Of a stretch of DNA of 64,000 nucleotides, positions 16,451 through 34,018 are shown piece after piece; positions within the stretch are counted from its first letter, which is position 1, and the number at the start of each line of letters is the position of its first letter. The notes below the pieces were generated by a model. The model was not told the DNA's origin and ran no database searches. It saw nothing but the letters and a program-made list of their open reading frames with translations. Source of the stretch: the human T2T-CHM13v2.0 reference genome, Homo sapiens. The stretch is taken from the NCBI RefSeq assembly GCF_009914755.1, contig NC_060931.1; one strand, 5' to 3'. The translations under genes and the position numbers were made by a program.

Positions 16451-17702
16451 CCTGGGGAATGGAGGTTTGGTAAGTGTTGCGAGAGACCTTGGGGTTTGGG
16501 AGAGACTGCAGCCTCTGCCATTCCGACCTCGACCTCGACCTCGATTAGGGCAGGGCAAGACGCAAGGAAGGCCACGGGGGAAACTCATTCTCCCAGTCTC
16601 TTTTTTTCCTTCTTTTTCTTTTTGCGAAGATGCATTTCAGCCTTTCTGAGAATTTCCTAATTCTCTCTCTAACCTGCACTTGCATGTGTGGGTGAAACTT
16701 TAATTTGTCACCTTTTCATTCCCCTTTGCCCCAGGCTCTCAATCCAGGAAGGGAAATGAAACTGAAGGACTTGTAAGGGGGTTGTTACTGGAGATTGTAG
16801 AGTTGTTGGATTGCAGAGGAGAATGTTCGATTCATCTTTTCAGTAACTTTAAAATCACACCAACCATTCCAACTACTTAATAATGTGTTCGAAGGGGTTC
16901 TATGTAATATGTTTCTTTTCCACTGTTAATATTAAAGAGAGGTTTTCAATGGGTTGTGTAGGAGTTGGTCTCTTGCAAAGGATGGACATATTTGCTGAAA
17001 GTAGCCTGTGCATTAATTGGTTATGGAAGTTTAAAAATGGTGTCCTCCTGCCCCTCCCTGCTTGGAAGAAGGGCTAAAAGCAGATGTCCAGAATCAAGAG
17101 AAAACTACTGCAGGGAGTGGTCAGAAAAAGATTTTTTAAAGGGATTGTTATGGAGCTATATTAATTTACTGAGTGAATGGAGGTGGATGGTTTTACCATG
17201 GGCTCTCTATTAAATTTAAAATAATTCCTTTTCTTATGAGCTACTGTGAGCTCTTCAGAGAAAGGAGCTGTATAATAGTGTTTTTGCAGTTATTTGTAGC
17301 TTCTGATTCATCCTGTATTCTTTTGAAATTATTGTCAATGATTCATATTTTTAGTTTAAGGACTACTTCCTGAGTGGGAAATAAATATCTGAAGATACTT
17401 AGCTAGATTCGAAGGCTGATAGAAGGAATTTTCTTTTTGCAGGCTAGTTCTTGTTTTGTTCTTTCCCCTGTGCTCAACTTTTGCAGAGATTATGTGAAGG
17501 GTTTGAGGGGTTTATTTTTGCTGTTAAAATCAAATCAGAACCAGGGAAGAATAAGTGGCTGTCATAGAAGAGGACTTCTGAGCTGCTTTAAAACTTTTCA
17601 ATATATTACCGTTTGATGCAGCACATAGTAGTCTACCACTTGTATGCTATATTTACTTGAGATTTACCTGCATTTGATCTTTCAGTGAAATAATTACTGT
17701 GA

Positions 17703-17903
<201 letters not shown>

Positions 17904-20438
17904 TAAACACATTTTTTAAATGATTAAGAGCAGTTTGGGTAGGCCCTTCTGATAGTTTGCAGGGGAGAAGATTTGGGTCTTAATTTCAGTGAACTTTTAG
18001 ATCCTACTAGTCATTCCAGTAGTCATTTAACATAGTAGGTTTGAAAATGTTCTTTATGGGAATATATGTTTCTTCTTCCTTTCTGGTATAGGAGAGGTTT
18101 CTCATGGTTCTTGTTACAAGGAAACTAACAGGATGTGTGTATAGATTCTATGCCATATTTTGTTAAAATTTGTCAGCCATTCAGAAAGAAAATTACAAGG
18201 CATTGCATAGCTTTGTTACATTGGACTTTGGAGGTAGTTACATGGCAGAGTATTGAAACATTGGCCTCTGTGAAGTCTGCAGACTCTTTACTGGTTGCAC
18301 CCCCAGACTGGTTTGTTGCTCTTCTCATTCTTCCTTCTTAGTTTTTATTTTTGTTGCAGGAGCATAATATTAGATTAGGCCCCCATTAACGGGCACGTAT
18401 GAAGTTAAGCAATGTTATAGTTTCCTATGCATGTTTATGTACCCACTGGTCCACCCCTCTGCTCTCATAGGATGATTTTACAATGTGTAAAATGTTTGAT
18501 TTTAATACAGTACGCAAAGTATATTTACAATATTTTATTTAAAAGCTTCATTGGTCCAAGATCATATTACTTGGGCTTGAGATGTGTGAACGTATGAGCT
18601 ACTGAATTTTTTTTTTTTGAGACAGAGTTTCCTCTTGTCACCCAGACTGGAGTGCAATGGTGTGATCTCGGCTCACTGCAGCCTCCACCTCCTGGGTTCA
18701 GGTGATGATTCTCCTGCCTCAGCCTCCTGAGTAGCTGGGATTACAGGCACCCGCCACCACGCCCAGATGATTTTTGTATTTTTAGTAGAGACGGGGTTTC
18801 ACCATATTGGCCAGGCTGGTCTCGAACTCCTGACCTCAGGTGATCCACCTGCCTCGGCCTCCCAAAGTGCTGGGATCACAGGCAGGAGCCACTGTGCCTG
18901 GCTGAGCTTTTGATCTTTAACCAATGTGATACAACATTTCTTTCTGTGCTTTTCAAGAAATCCTGTCTCGTGGCAGCCTGGGTGTTGATCTCGTGCTTTA
19001 GTTAGTAGCTTCTCCAAGGAGAAGGCGTGTTGAGGTTTAGTTGGAAAAATGGGCTTCTTTGATGGGTCTCAAGTTTTGGTGAGCTGGGATAGCTTGATAG
19101 GGTTTTGTTTTTTTTTTTTTGAGACAGCCTTGCTCTGTCACCCATGCTGGAGTGCAGTGGCATGATCTCGGCTCACTGCAACCTCTGTCTCCTGGGTTCA
19201 AGTGATTCTCTTGCCTCAGCATCCTGAGTAGCTGGGATTACAGGCATGCACCACCATGCCTGGCTAATTTTTTTTATTTTTAGTAGAGACAGGGTTTCTC
19301 CATGTTGGCCAGGCTGGGTCTCGAACTCCTGACCTCAAGTGATCTGCCTGTCTTGGCCTTCCGAAGTGCTAGGATTACAGGCATGAGCCACCACGCCCAA
19401 CCAGCTTGATAGTTTTTGTTTATCCAACAAATATTGAGCACCTGCTGTATGCTAGGCATTGTGCAAGGTGTTAGGGCTGATGCTTGAGCACAGTACCTCC
19501 ACATCTGCAGTATGGGGAGAGAGAGATGACACCGTGATGAGATCTGTATTAGAGCTGTGACAAGGTGCTGTGGGAACACAGGATTTGTTACATATTCTTA
19601 ACTTCTTTGGCCACTTAAACAGTTTACTTTTGTGGCACTTTAGAGTGGCTGTGCCCCTGGACGTTGTATATTGAAGTTACATTTACAAATGTAAACTCTC
19701 TGATCTAGGTGAAGTAGCTTCAAGTAGAAGTGAGCAATATATTTGAATACTAAATTGATCTATAAATGACCTCTGATGTGTCTTTTTAACTTGAAGATTG
19801 AGCATAAGGCTAATATCCAGATCTGTCTGTTTAAATGGTCCCCCCACCCCCGCCTCCCGTAAGTCAGTAAGTTTGTATTCAAATTTTACATAGTTTAAGC
19901 TCACTGATCTTTGGATTAGGGTTGTTGTTCTGTTTTTAGGTTTGTGATGGCTGTATCCAAGTATACTTTTGATGGAGTAGGGCATAAGTGATAAGAATGA
20001 GTGACATTCAACATGTTGCTGTCTAGACCCAACTTAAAGTCATGTAACTAAGGTATCAGAAAACTTTAATACAGTAACCTATCTGTTTAATAGGAAATTC
20101 TACCTTTAACATAGAAAGAAGTTCTCTGTACAGAAAAAGAAATTTACCTATTTCCAGTTTTTTTGTTTGTTTTTGAGAGGTCTCACTCTCTAGCCTAGGC
20201 TGGAGTGCAGTGGCACGATCTCGGCTCACCTCAACCTCCACCTCCCAGTCTCAAGCGATTCTCCTGCCTCAGCCTATAGATAGCTGGGATTACAGGCGTG
20301 CGCCACTACCACCCTGTTAATTTTTGTATTTTTAGTAGAGATGGGGTTTTACCATGTTGGCCAGGCTGGTCTTGAACTCCTGACCTCAAATGATCCACCT
20401 GCCTCTGCCTCCCAGAGTGTTGGGATTACAGGCATTAG

Positions 20439-20600
<162 letters not shown>

Positions 20601-20876
20601 TGAGTAGCTGGCACTACAGGCACCTGCTACCATGCCCAGCTAATTTTTGTATTTTTAGTAGATGGGGTTTCACCATATTGGCCAGGCTGATCTCGAACTC
20701 CCGACCTTGTGATGTGCCTGCCTCGGCCTCCCAAAGTGCTGGGATTATAGGCGTGAGCCACTGTGCCCGGCTTAAGTAGTCGTATGTTATTTTGATATTT
20801 CCAGTCATGGTAAGTATATTGATTACAATGAATTTGTTATTTGAGGACTAGCAGGAGAGTATTTTTTTTTCCATAA

Positions 20877-21268
<392 letters not shown>

Positions 21269-21803
21269 TAAGACATTGTACCTCTCAGACTATTGATTTG
21301 AAATGGGGGTGTGGAGGGGATGATGATACTGGGAGAAAAGGGTGCTTTTGGAAAAACTCCTCTCCCTGGCTTTGAATTCTCATTTCGGATCATTATTTCC
21401 CAATGAGAACATCACCGTGTTAGGGCCAGGCACGGTGGCTCACGCCTGTAATCCCAGCACTTTGGGAGGCTAAGGCAGGCAGATCACGAGGTCAGGAGAT
21501 CGAGACCATCCTGGCTAACACGGTGAAACCCCATCTCTACTAAAAAATACAAAAAATTAGCCGGGCTTGGTGGCCGGTGCCTGTAGTCCCAGCTACCCGG
21601 GAGGCTGAGGCAGGAGAATGGCTGAGCCCGGGAGGCGGGGCTTGCAGTGAGCCTGGGCGACAGAGCAAGGCTCCGTCTCAAAAAACAAAACAAAACAAAA
21701 ATAGAATATCACTGTGTTGATGACAGCTTTGTTTTTCAAAGATCAAAAAAGATTTCAGCCCCTGCAGCTCCAAATAAGAGAGCAGAGTGACTTCCCTGTG
21801 ATG

Positions 21804-21817
21804 GTGCCATCTAGTGG
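21804..21817 (-). promoter_or_regulatory. Candidate CTCF site
   Basis: CCACTAGATGGCAC matches the CCASYAGRKGGCRS core exactly and lies in unique sequence. Confidence 0.55.
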
Positions 21818-22459
21818 GACTGGTTCAGCCTCTTGGGCTGTCTCTGGAATTTCTTCTAACTATTCATAACATTTTTCAGTACTTTTTGATGTCCATAGAA
21901 GGAAGAAAGTCAGTGCCACTGTGGATTCTTTCCTAGTGGACAAGAGTGTTACAAGTAGCTACAGTCTTTGAACTTTCTGGTTGTTGTAAATCTTCTGTTG
22001 TATAACTTTCGAGTTTTTTCCACCTGCAAATTAGATATACACTCCATTACTTAGACTAAAACAAAATGGCCAAATCTCCACATCTATTACTTATATTTAA
22101 CTTGCTCATTGCCTATATTTAGGTTTTTAATTTTTTATTTCTAATTTTCTTGCATAGTGCAAATTTTTAATTTTCTTGCATAGTGTGTTTATAGGTAGGT
22201 ACTCAGTTTCTCAGCATATTTACTTCAAAATAATGGTAAAACAAAAGTCATTTATTTTGGGGTTTGGGATGCACTATTTGGTTTATGTTTAAAAGAGTGA
22301 CATTTTCTGTCATGAACTGATGAGGGGAAAGTAGTGTAATGTGCACCCAAAAGTCTATAGCAGGCTCCCTAGTCTAGCTGCCCCTTTTTAGGAGGACCTG
22401 GAGCCATCGTCTTAGCAGTTTTGAGGTGATAAGGTTAAACTGGGTTGTGAACCTAGTAA

Positions 22460-22681
<222 letters not shown>

Positions 22682-24082
22682 TAGCCAGGATGGTCTCGAT
22701 CTCCTGACCTCGTGATCTGCCAGCCTTGGCCTCCCAAAGTGCTGGGATTACAGGTATGAGCCACTGCACCCTGCTGCTAGTTCTTTATGTCTTGTTGACC
22801 TGACATGTGAGCTGTCCTACCTCTTTTTTTTTTTTTTTTTCTTTGAGATGGGGTCTCGCCCTGTCACCTGGGCTGGAGTGCAGTGGCGCGATCTCGGCTC
22901 ACTGCAGCCTCTGCCTCCGAGGTTCAAGCGATTCTCTTGCCTCAGCCTCCCCAAGTAGCTAGGACTACAGGCGTGTGCCACTATTCTCAGCTGATTTTTA
23001 TATTTTTAGTAGAGACGGGTTTTTGCCATGTTAGTTGGCCAGGATGGTCTCTCTCTCGACCTCGTGATCCGCCCGCCTCGGCCTCCCAAATTGCTGTGAT
23101 GACAGGCGTGAGCCACCCCGCCTGGCCTGTCCTACCTCTTTTTTAAGACCTCTTCCTGTAAGCACTGGATAATCTACTTCTAGTAATGTGAAACTGACTA
23201 TATCTTGAATTCATATGTTTTCAATCAACCTGTTGCAGTTTATATTTCACACCCTGCTCCCTTTTGACAGTTTAAGTACAGATAGTCTCAGCAGTTCTGG
23301 AGACCATGTAAAGTAGGCAGAATTTCACCCTTGCATGCATTGTTACTTGTACCTAGTTGAATATCAATGCTAATACAGTAGCAAATACTTATAATACTGT
23401 GTGCCAGTTACTGTTCCAACAGTACAACAAAAGCAATAAGAAGTGAATTTAGATCTTTTATAACAGGGATAATGGTTAACAAATCTGTACGTAATCAACT
23501 CACTGGATTAATAGGCATTCTCCATTCTCTCTTTATAAGCCATACTGACTGATGCTTATCACATTGCTCCCACCAGTTGAATTATAGCCATGTCAATGAT
23601 CATTTTACAGTAACTTAACACTTGTGTTGTAATTATTCAATTTAATACACAATTGCATAAAGCAATGAAATATGATTGCAGGCCGGGCGCAGTGGCTTAT
23701 GCCTGTAATCCCAGCACTTTGGGAGGCCGAGGCGGGCAGATCACGAGGTCAGGAGATCGAGACCGTCCTGGCCAAAATGACGAAACCAGTCTCTACTAAA
23801 AATACAAAAAATAAGCTGGGCGTCATGGCATGTGCCTGTAATCCCAGCTACTCAGGAGGCTAAGGCAGGAGAATCACTTGAACCAGGGAGTCGGAGGTTG
23901 CAGTTAGCCGAGATTGTGCCACTGCCCTTCAGCATGGGCAACAGGGTGAGACTCTGTCTCAAAAAAAAAGTAAGTCAGCAAGGAGATATCTGTAAAAATT
24001 TATGATATTCTTTTAATCTGCAGGAATTCTTTACTTAAGTCCTTGGCAAGTATCTTTTTTTGTTTTTGTTTTTGTTTTTTGA

Positions 24083-24244
<162 letters not shown>

Positions 24245-25922
24245 TAGAGATGGGGTTTCTTCATGTTGGTCAGGCTGTTCTTGAACTTCCGACCTCAAGT
24301 GATCCGCCTACCTCAGCCTCCCAAAGTGCTGGGATTACAGGTGTGAGCCACTGCGCCCGGCGGCAAGTATCTTTTAAGTTCTCACTTTTTTTTTTTTTTT
24401 TTTTTTTTGGAGACAGAGTTTCACTCTTGTCGCCCAGGCTGGCGTGCAGTTGCATGATCTCTGCTCACAGCAATCTCCAACTCCCAGGTTCAAGCGATTC
24501 TCCTGCCTCAGCCTCCCGAGTAGCTGGGAGGTGCCCGCCACCATGCCCAGCTAATTTTTGTATTTTTAATAGAGACGAGGTTTTACCATGTTGGCCAGGC
24601 TGGTCTCGAACTCCTGACCTCAGGCGTTCACCCGCCTTGGCCTCCCAAAGTGCTGGGATTACAGGCGTGAGCCACCGTGCCGGGGCCAAGGAACTCTTTT
24701 TCTATCTTTTATAAATTTTTAAGTCTGATACATCACATTATGTAATCAAATTGACTTCTGAAAAGGTATTTAACTAACTGATACCTTTCTTTTCATGTAG
24801 TTCGTTGCAGCAATTAGAAGCTTTCAGTCATGAATATCTAGTGTCAGCTTTTTCACATACCAAAGTCACTTTCATTTTTTAAAAATGTTTGTATGTCTTA
24901 GATTTAATTACATGCCTGACAATGCTCAATAAGCATGAATGCTGAGAAATGGCCTATACTTATACTGATGCATTTTAAGGAACTGTGGATTAATTTACTT
25001 TAGTATTTATTTGATTCCCTCCTTATTTCACATGTAGTCAAGTACCAACACGTGCCTCTTTCTCTGAAATTTCTGAAGTGTTTTTCTGCCCCCATTGCTA
25101 CTGCCTTAATCCAGACTGTTTTTATTCATAACTTGAAATTCTAGTTTGGAAGTCTTGCACCCTTTCTGTTCTTCTATTGGTTACCACAGAAATTACAACA
25201 CATATTTTTAACTTATAAAGGTTAATGTTAATACCTTTGTCTTCCTCTTGGTCAGTACAAGGGCCTTGAAGATTTTTTTTTTTTTTTTTTTTTTTTGAGA
25301 TAGGGGGTTGCTCTGTCACCCAGGCTGGAGTGAAGTGGCATGATCATGGCTCACTGCAGCCTTGACCTCCTGGGCTCAGGTGCTCCTCCTGCTTCAGCCT
25401 CCTGAGTAGCTGGGCCTACAGGCACACATCACCACACTTGAATAATTTTTGTAGTTTTTCTTTTTATAAATTAAAAAAAAAATGCCTTCCATCAGCATCT
25501 TGCAAATTTTTGTATTTTTTGTAGAAACTTGGTTTTGCCATGTTGCCCAGACTGGTGACCTTGAAGATTTAACTCCATTTATTCCCCTCACAATTCACAC
25601 GCTATTGCTGTTCTGTATTTAATTGTACGTATGTGTGTGTGTAAATTTTTTTTTTTTTTTTGAGACATGGTCTCACTGTGTCACCCAGGCTTGAGTGCAG
25701 TGGTGCGATCTCGGCTCACTGAAACCTCTGCCTTCTGGGCTCAAGTGATTCTCCTGCCTCAACCTCCTGAGTATCTGGGACTAAAGGCACGTGCCACCAT
25801 GCCCGGCTAATTTTTCTTTTTTTGTGTTTTTAGTAGAGATGGGGTTTCACCATGTTGGCCAGGCTGATCTCGAACTCCTAACCTCAGGCGATCTGCCAGC
25901 CTTGGCCTCCCAAAGTGCTGGG

Positions 25923-26190
25923 ATTACAGGTGTGAGCTACCATGCCCAGTCTGTATATTTTCTAGAGCACTTTTAGGTTTATAGAAAATTGAGCAGCTAA
26001 TGCAGAGTTCCCATATACTTCCTCACCCTACTTTCTCATTATTCACATTTTGCATTATTACAGGTGTGAGCTACCATGCCCAGGCTGTATATTTTCTAGA
26101 GCACTTTTAGGTTTATAGAAAATTGAGCAGCTAATACAGAGTTCCCATATACTTCCTTACCCTACTTTCTCATTATTCACATTTTGCATT
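25923..26190. repeat. 134-bp tandem duplication (2 copies)
   Basis: 25923-26056 versus 26057-26190, 3 mismatches seen. Confidence 0.92.
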
Positions 26191-26301
26191 ATTAGTGTCT
26201 TTGTTACAATTGATGATACGTTATTAACTAAAGTCCATTGTTCACAGTTGTCTACTGGCTTCCATTAGGCTCTTTATTTATTTTTATTTTTATTTTTTTG
26301 A

Positions 26302-26658
<357 letters not shown>

Positions 26659-26969
26659 TAGACCTTCTCATTGTGTTTTCTCTGCCTCTTACCCTGTCTC
26701 TTGTATTGCTTGTCTTTTTGTTTTCTTATCTAAATACTTGGTAGTTTCTTGTGACCTATCTTCCACTTGATTAATTTTCTCTTCAGATTTGCCTAATCTA
26801 CATAAACCTATACGTTGAAATTTTATAAAAGCTGAGTCACTCTTATCCTGAGGGTGTAGCCCATGGGTCTTCTACTGTATGGGGTGGCTTTCCCACACTC
26901 CCCTCATTGGGCAGGGCCCGGGCTTTGACTTTCTTCTCTCCCTATACTCCCAGGCCTCTTAAATTATAG

Positions 26970-27344
<375 letters not shown>

Positions 27345-28027
27345 TGAAATCATTTTTTATTTTTAAATTTTAACTTTTAGAGACAGGACTTCATCCCCAG
27401 GCTGGCCTCGAACTCCTGGGGTCAAGTGATTCTCCCACCTCAGCCTCCTAAGTAGCTGAGACAACAGGCATGTGCCATTGCACCCAGCAGAAGTGATTTT
27501 TTTGAGTTCTGGTCTTGTGTCTCTGGATTCTTGACTTCTTACAGAAGTAATTCTTTATTTCATTGCTTTGCACTCAATAATATAAAACTAACACTTAGTG
27601 TGTGTGAACTCTTGTGTCACTGTAAAGTTTACCTCCTTGTGACTTTCACTTCTCATCTGCTTCCTTCTTCCTTCCTGCCTATAAGTGGTTGGCATTGGCG
27701 TTGTCATCACTCTTGGCCTTTAAAGTCATTTATTTCCTGTTCTCTGTTTACTTTTAGTTAAATTCAGATTAAATGGAAAGATTTCTTAAAATTTTATTTT
27801 TAAGAAAGGCCATGAGAGGGAAAACAAATAAGGTATATTATCAGTGGTTTCTTATTTCATACCTGGGTCTAGGGATAATTTGACTTAGTTCTATCCTTCC
27901 TCTCTACCTTGTCTGGGTCTTAAATTGTTAGGTTCCTCCTGGTGGTATGTTTCACTTGATCCTGGCTACTACTAGATGTGATGGGATTAGTTTGGAATCT
28001 ACTTCCTAGTATGTTGGCCATGGTTAG

Positions 28028-28273
<246 letters not shown>

Positions 28274-28876
28274 TGATCCACCCGTCCTGGCCTCCCAAAG
28301 CACTGGGATTACAGGCATGAGCCCCCACACCCGGCCCCCATATCTTACTCTTAACATATCCTTTTTCTAAAAAAACTGCATATATTGCAAAGTATTGGAG
28401 TAGGAATAATATAGCTTTGATACTAGAATCTGCTAAGAAGTTAGCTAGCTTTAGTTAACTTAGGAGTCATTTCAATTCTCTGGGCACTTCCAATTTAAGA
28501 ATTTTATGTTTGATAAACTACACAAAAAGAGGAAGCCAGATTTGAGATACAGGATAATAAATTCCAAAAATTCCAGTTAAGTATTAATAGTGTGAAAAAA
28601 TGAGTGGTGGTATTAAAATATAAACCTTCAGGAACAAAGGTTCTATAGGATAAAATCTGCCAAAATTCTTTCCTTCATTTTGTATATATATAGCCTTTTG
28701 GGAACATGGGTTGCATACAATAAAATAATGATATTAGAAAAATACCATAGGAGCAAGAAAAGTACCTTGTTTTGCCCATTAAATATACTCTGAAGACAGC
28801 AGTGAGGAAAATAAAGGTGAAACATTTTTCTAAAAATAGTCTCAGAATAAGGATGGTGTCTGTTTTCTAGTCCTAA

Positions 28877-29189
<313 letters not shown>

Positions 29190-29219
29190 TTACAGGCGTG
29201 AGCCACTGCGCCTGGCCCA

Positions 29220-29990
29220 GACCTTTTTCATCTTCCCAAATCGTAACTCCATGACCATTAAATAATAACTCCCAGGCCAGGCACAATGGTTCAAGCCCAT
29301 AATTTCACTATTTTGGGAGGCCGAGGTGGGCAGATCACGAAATCAGGAGTTCGAGACCAGCCTGGCCGACATAGTGAAACCCCAACTCTACTAAAAATAC
29401 AAAAAAATTAGCTGGGCGTGTTGGTGGGCACCTGTAATTCCAGTTACTTAGGAGGCTGATGCAAGAGAATCACTTGAACCGGGAGGCGGAGGTTGCAGTG
29501 AGCCGAGATCATGCCACTGCACTCCAGTCTAGTCGACAGAGCAAGACTCCGTCTCAAAAAACAAAACAATGACAACAAAAAAACCTCCCAATAACTCCCC
29601 AGCCCCTGGCAAATATCATTCTGTTTTTCCATCTCTGTGAATTTGACTACTCTAGGTACTAATGTGAATGAAATCATAGCGGTATTTGTCCTTTTGACTG
29701 GCTTGTTTCACTTAGCATAGTATCTTCAAGGTTTATCTGTGTTGTAGTATATGTCAAAATTTCATTTCCTTCCTTTTTAAGGCTGAGTAATATTTCATTG
29801 TATGCATATACCACATCTTGTTTATTCATTCATCTGTTGCTGGACCCTCGGGTTACTTTTACCATTTGGCTATTGTGAATAGTGCTATGAAAAAACAAAT
29901 GCTGCTGCTATGAAAATGGCTGTAGTCTTGCAGTCCCTGCTTTAAATTCTTGTGGCTGCAGACCCAGAAGTTGAATTATTGGATCATATT
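29220..29990 (-). mobile_element. L1MB-type 3' end fragment interrupted by an Alu
   Basis: ccccagcccctggcaaat...ctctgtgaatttgactactctaggtac...tttcacttagcatagtatcttcaaggtt. Confidence 0.75.
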
Positions 29991-30199
29991 AAACTGTACT
30001 CTTTTGTTGACCTCCTCTCAGGCCTTATTAATAAGGGACAGCTAGAAAATAGTGGTTCTTTTAATTCACATTCTACAAAAGCTTTAGAAGTCTTAGAAAT
30101 CCTATTAACATATGCAGATGAACTAGTAATGACAGTCAAATTGCAACTATTACAAATAGTATTATTGGCCCAGTAAGTAAGAACTAAGCTACCATGTAA

Positions 30200-30445
<246 letters not shown>

Positions 30446-30528
30446 TAGACTTTCATGTTAGTCAAACCGTAGGTTACTTTTAGAATATCACACATTTGCT
30501 AATTTGCTACCGAGATTTGCTGTACTAG

Positions 30529-30774
<246 letters not shown>

Positions 30775-30866
30775 TGAAGTGATCCACCCGCCTTGGCCTC
30801 CGAAAGTGCTGGCATTACAAGCATGAGCCACCACACCTAGCCAGAATTTTATTTAATTTAAGAAAA

Positions 30867-31003
30867 TTTTTTCTACAAAGGGAATTTTATTGATGGCCCT
30901 AGTTTATTCCCTCCCAAAAGACCAACTGCAACCAGATTAAGTGAACACAACCTCAAGATTTTATTGTCTTCATAATAAAAGATGATGCTTATTACTGGAT
31001 CGC
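30867..31003 (-). pseudogene. RPL36A: RPL36A-like processed pseudogene fragment (stop-codon region and 3'UTR only)
   Basis: The - strand reads GATCCAGTAATAAGCATCATCTTTTATTATGAAGACAATAAAATCTTGAGGTTGTGTTCAC..., resembling the recalled RPL36A mRNA 3' end. A second AATAAA and a short A-run follow. Confidence 0.6.
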
Positions 31004-31519
31004 TTCAGCCCATGGAACGGAGGGAGCAGTGAGTCGAGATGGCCATTGCACTCCAGTCTAGGTGACTGAACAAGACCATCTCAAAAAAAACAAAAATGAG
31101 TATGGCCCCAAATAGTATTATAATCAGTCCTTTGAAGACTGGTAATGTTGCCTACGTAAAGATAACAAGGTGCTGGTATCCCTTGTAATGGATGTGATCT
31201 GTATGACTGATAACTTTTCTTCTACAAAAGGTATATATGTGACTTTTATTACATAAACTGCTGCCAGAGTTGTTGATCACTTAGTTCCTGTTCTACCTGA
31301 CTCTAGAAGACTACTAAGGATTGATTGTGGAATTAAAATATAATCTGAAGGTACAGCTGATCTCAGGATCCTCCAATTCAGGATGTCTTCTGTTACTAAC
31401 TTCAGCAACCACATTTAATGTTCAAATTTAGCAGTAGTTACTAGCATCAAACTAACTTATCCATCCTCCATTATAGTAACAATTGACCAGCTAGAACAAA
31501 ACACAGAATACTCAGTTAA

Positions 31520-32038
<519 letters not shown>

Positions 32039-32119
32039 TAGTGTCCAAATTTTGCAGCAGTTGAGTTCAGCCAACTTTGATCACATCTATACTGTATTTA
32101 GATTGTTAGGGGAATTTAA

Positions 32120-32305
<186 letters not shown>

Positions 32306-33488
32306 TAATTTTTTTGTTTGTTTGAGACAGAGTCTTGCTCTGTTGTCCAGGCTGGAGTGCAGTGGCATCATCTTGATGCACTGCAACCACCACCTCCCAG
32401 ATTCAAGTGATTCTTGTGCCTCAGCCTTCTGAGTAGCTGGGGCTACAGGCGTGCATCACTGTACCTGGCTGATTTTTGTATTTTCAGTAGAGATGGGGTT
32501 TCACCTTGTTGGCCAGGCTGATCTCGAACTCCTGACCTCAAGGGATCTGCCTGCCTTGGCCTTTCAAAGTATTGGGATTACAGGCATGAGCCCCTGCGCC
32601 TGGCCAATATTTTTGATAGAGAAGGAGTTTCACCACGTTGCCCAGGCTGATCTCGAACCCCTGACCTCAGGTGATCCACCCATCTCAAGTGATTCACCTG
32701 CCTCGGCCTCCCAAAGTGCTGGGATTACAGGCGTGAGCCACCGTGCCTGGCCCAGATGCATTGTATAGTCTTGAGGCATTTATAATCAGACAAACAGGGA
32801 CTCAGATGCCTATGGCACATAGCTGAGGATGGACATGCTGATGGGAAGGTATTATGAGCCCAGAATAAGGGAGTATAATTAACTTGTTCATTGTGTATTG
32901 CTCAGAAAGCAGAATTAAGATTACTGTAGATTGGCTGGGTGTGGTGGCTCATGCCTATCATCCTAGTACTTTGGGAGACCGAGGCAGGTGAATCACTGGA
33001 GGTGAGGAGCTTAAGACCAGCCTGGCCAACATGGTGAAACCCCGTCTTTACTAAAAAATACAAAAATTAGCTGGGCATGGTGGTGGGCACTTGTAACCTC
33101 AACTACTTGGGAGGCTGAGGCAGGAGGATCACTTGAACACGGGAGGCGGAGGTTGCTGTGAGCCAAGATTGCACCACTGCGCTTCAGCCTGGGTGACAGA
33201 GCAAGACCCTATCTCCAAAAAAAAGGGAAACGATTACTGTAGATAAACAACCTCATGGCCGGGCATGAGGTGGTGGTGAGCCAAGATCACACCATTGCAG
33301 TCTAGCCTGCGCAACAGGAGGGAAACTCCATCTCAAAAAACAAAAAACTCAGAACAATTTTGATACAATATTATTAGGAATAAATTAAAGAATGATTAGT
33401 ACAGGATAGCTTGGTTTTGAAGCTTAGCAAAAGAGTTTAGAGTCCAGGGCAGAGGCCTTTTTTATTTTTTATTTTTATTTTTAGATAG

Positions 33489-33644
<156 letters not shown>

Positions 33645-33657
33645 TAATTAATCTTGA

Positions 33658-34018
<361 letters not shown>

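Noticed and set aside
14496-16575. Long - strand ORFs (374 aa and 358 aa) and overlapping ORFs in the CpG island
   Set aside because: Low-complexity Gly/Arg/Pro/Ala peptides expected from stop-poor GC-rich DNA, with no recognisable domain.
22142-22185. Short direct repeat TAATTTTCTTGCATAGTG x2
   Set aside because: Ordinary small slippage duplication in AT-rich intron, with no evidence of function.
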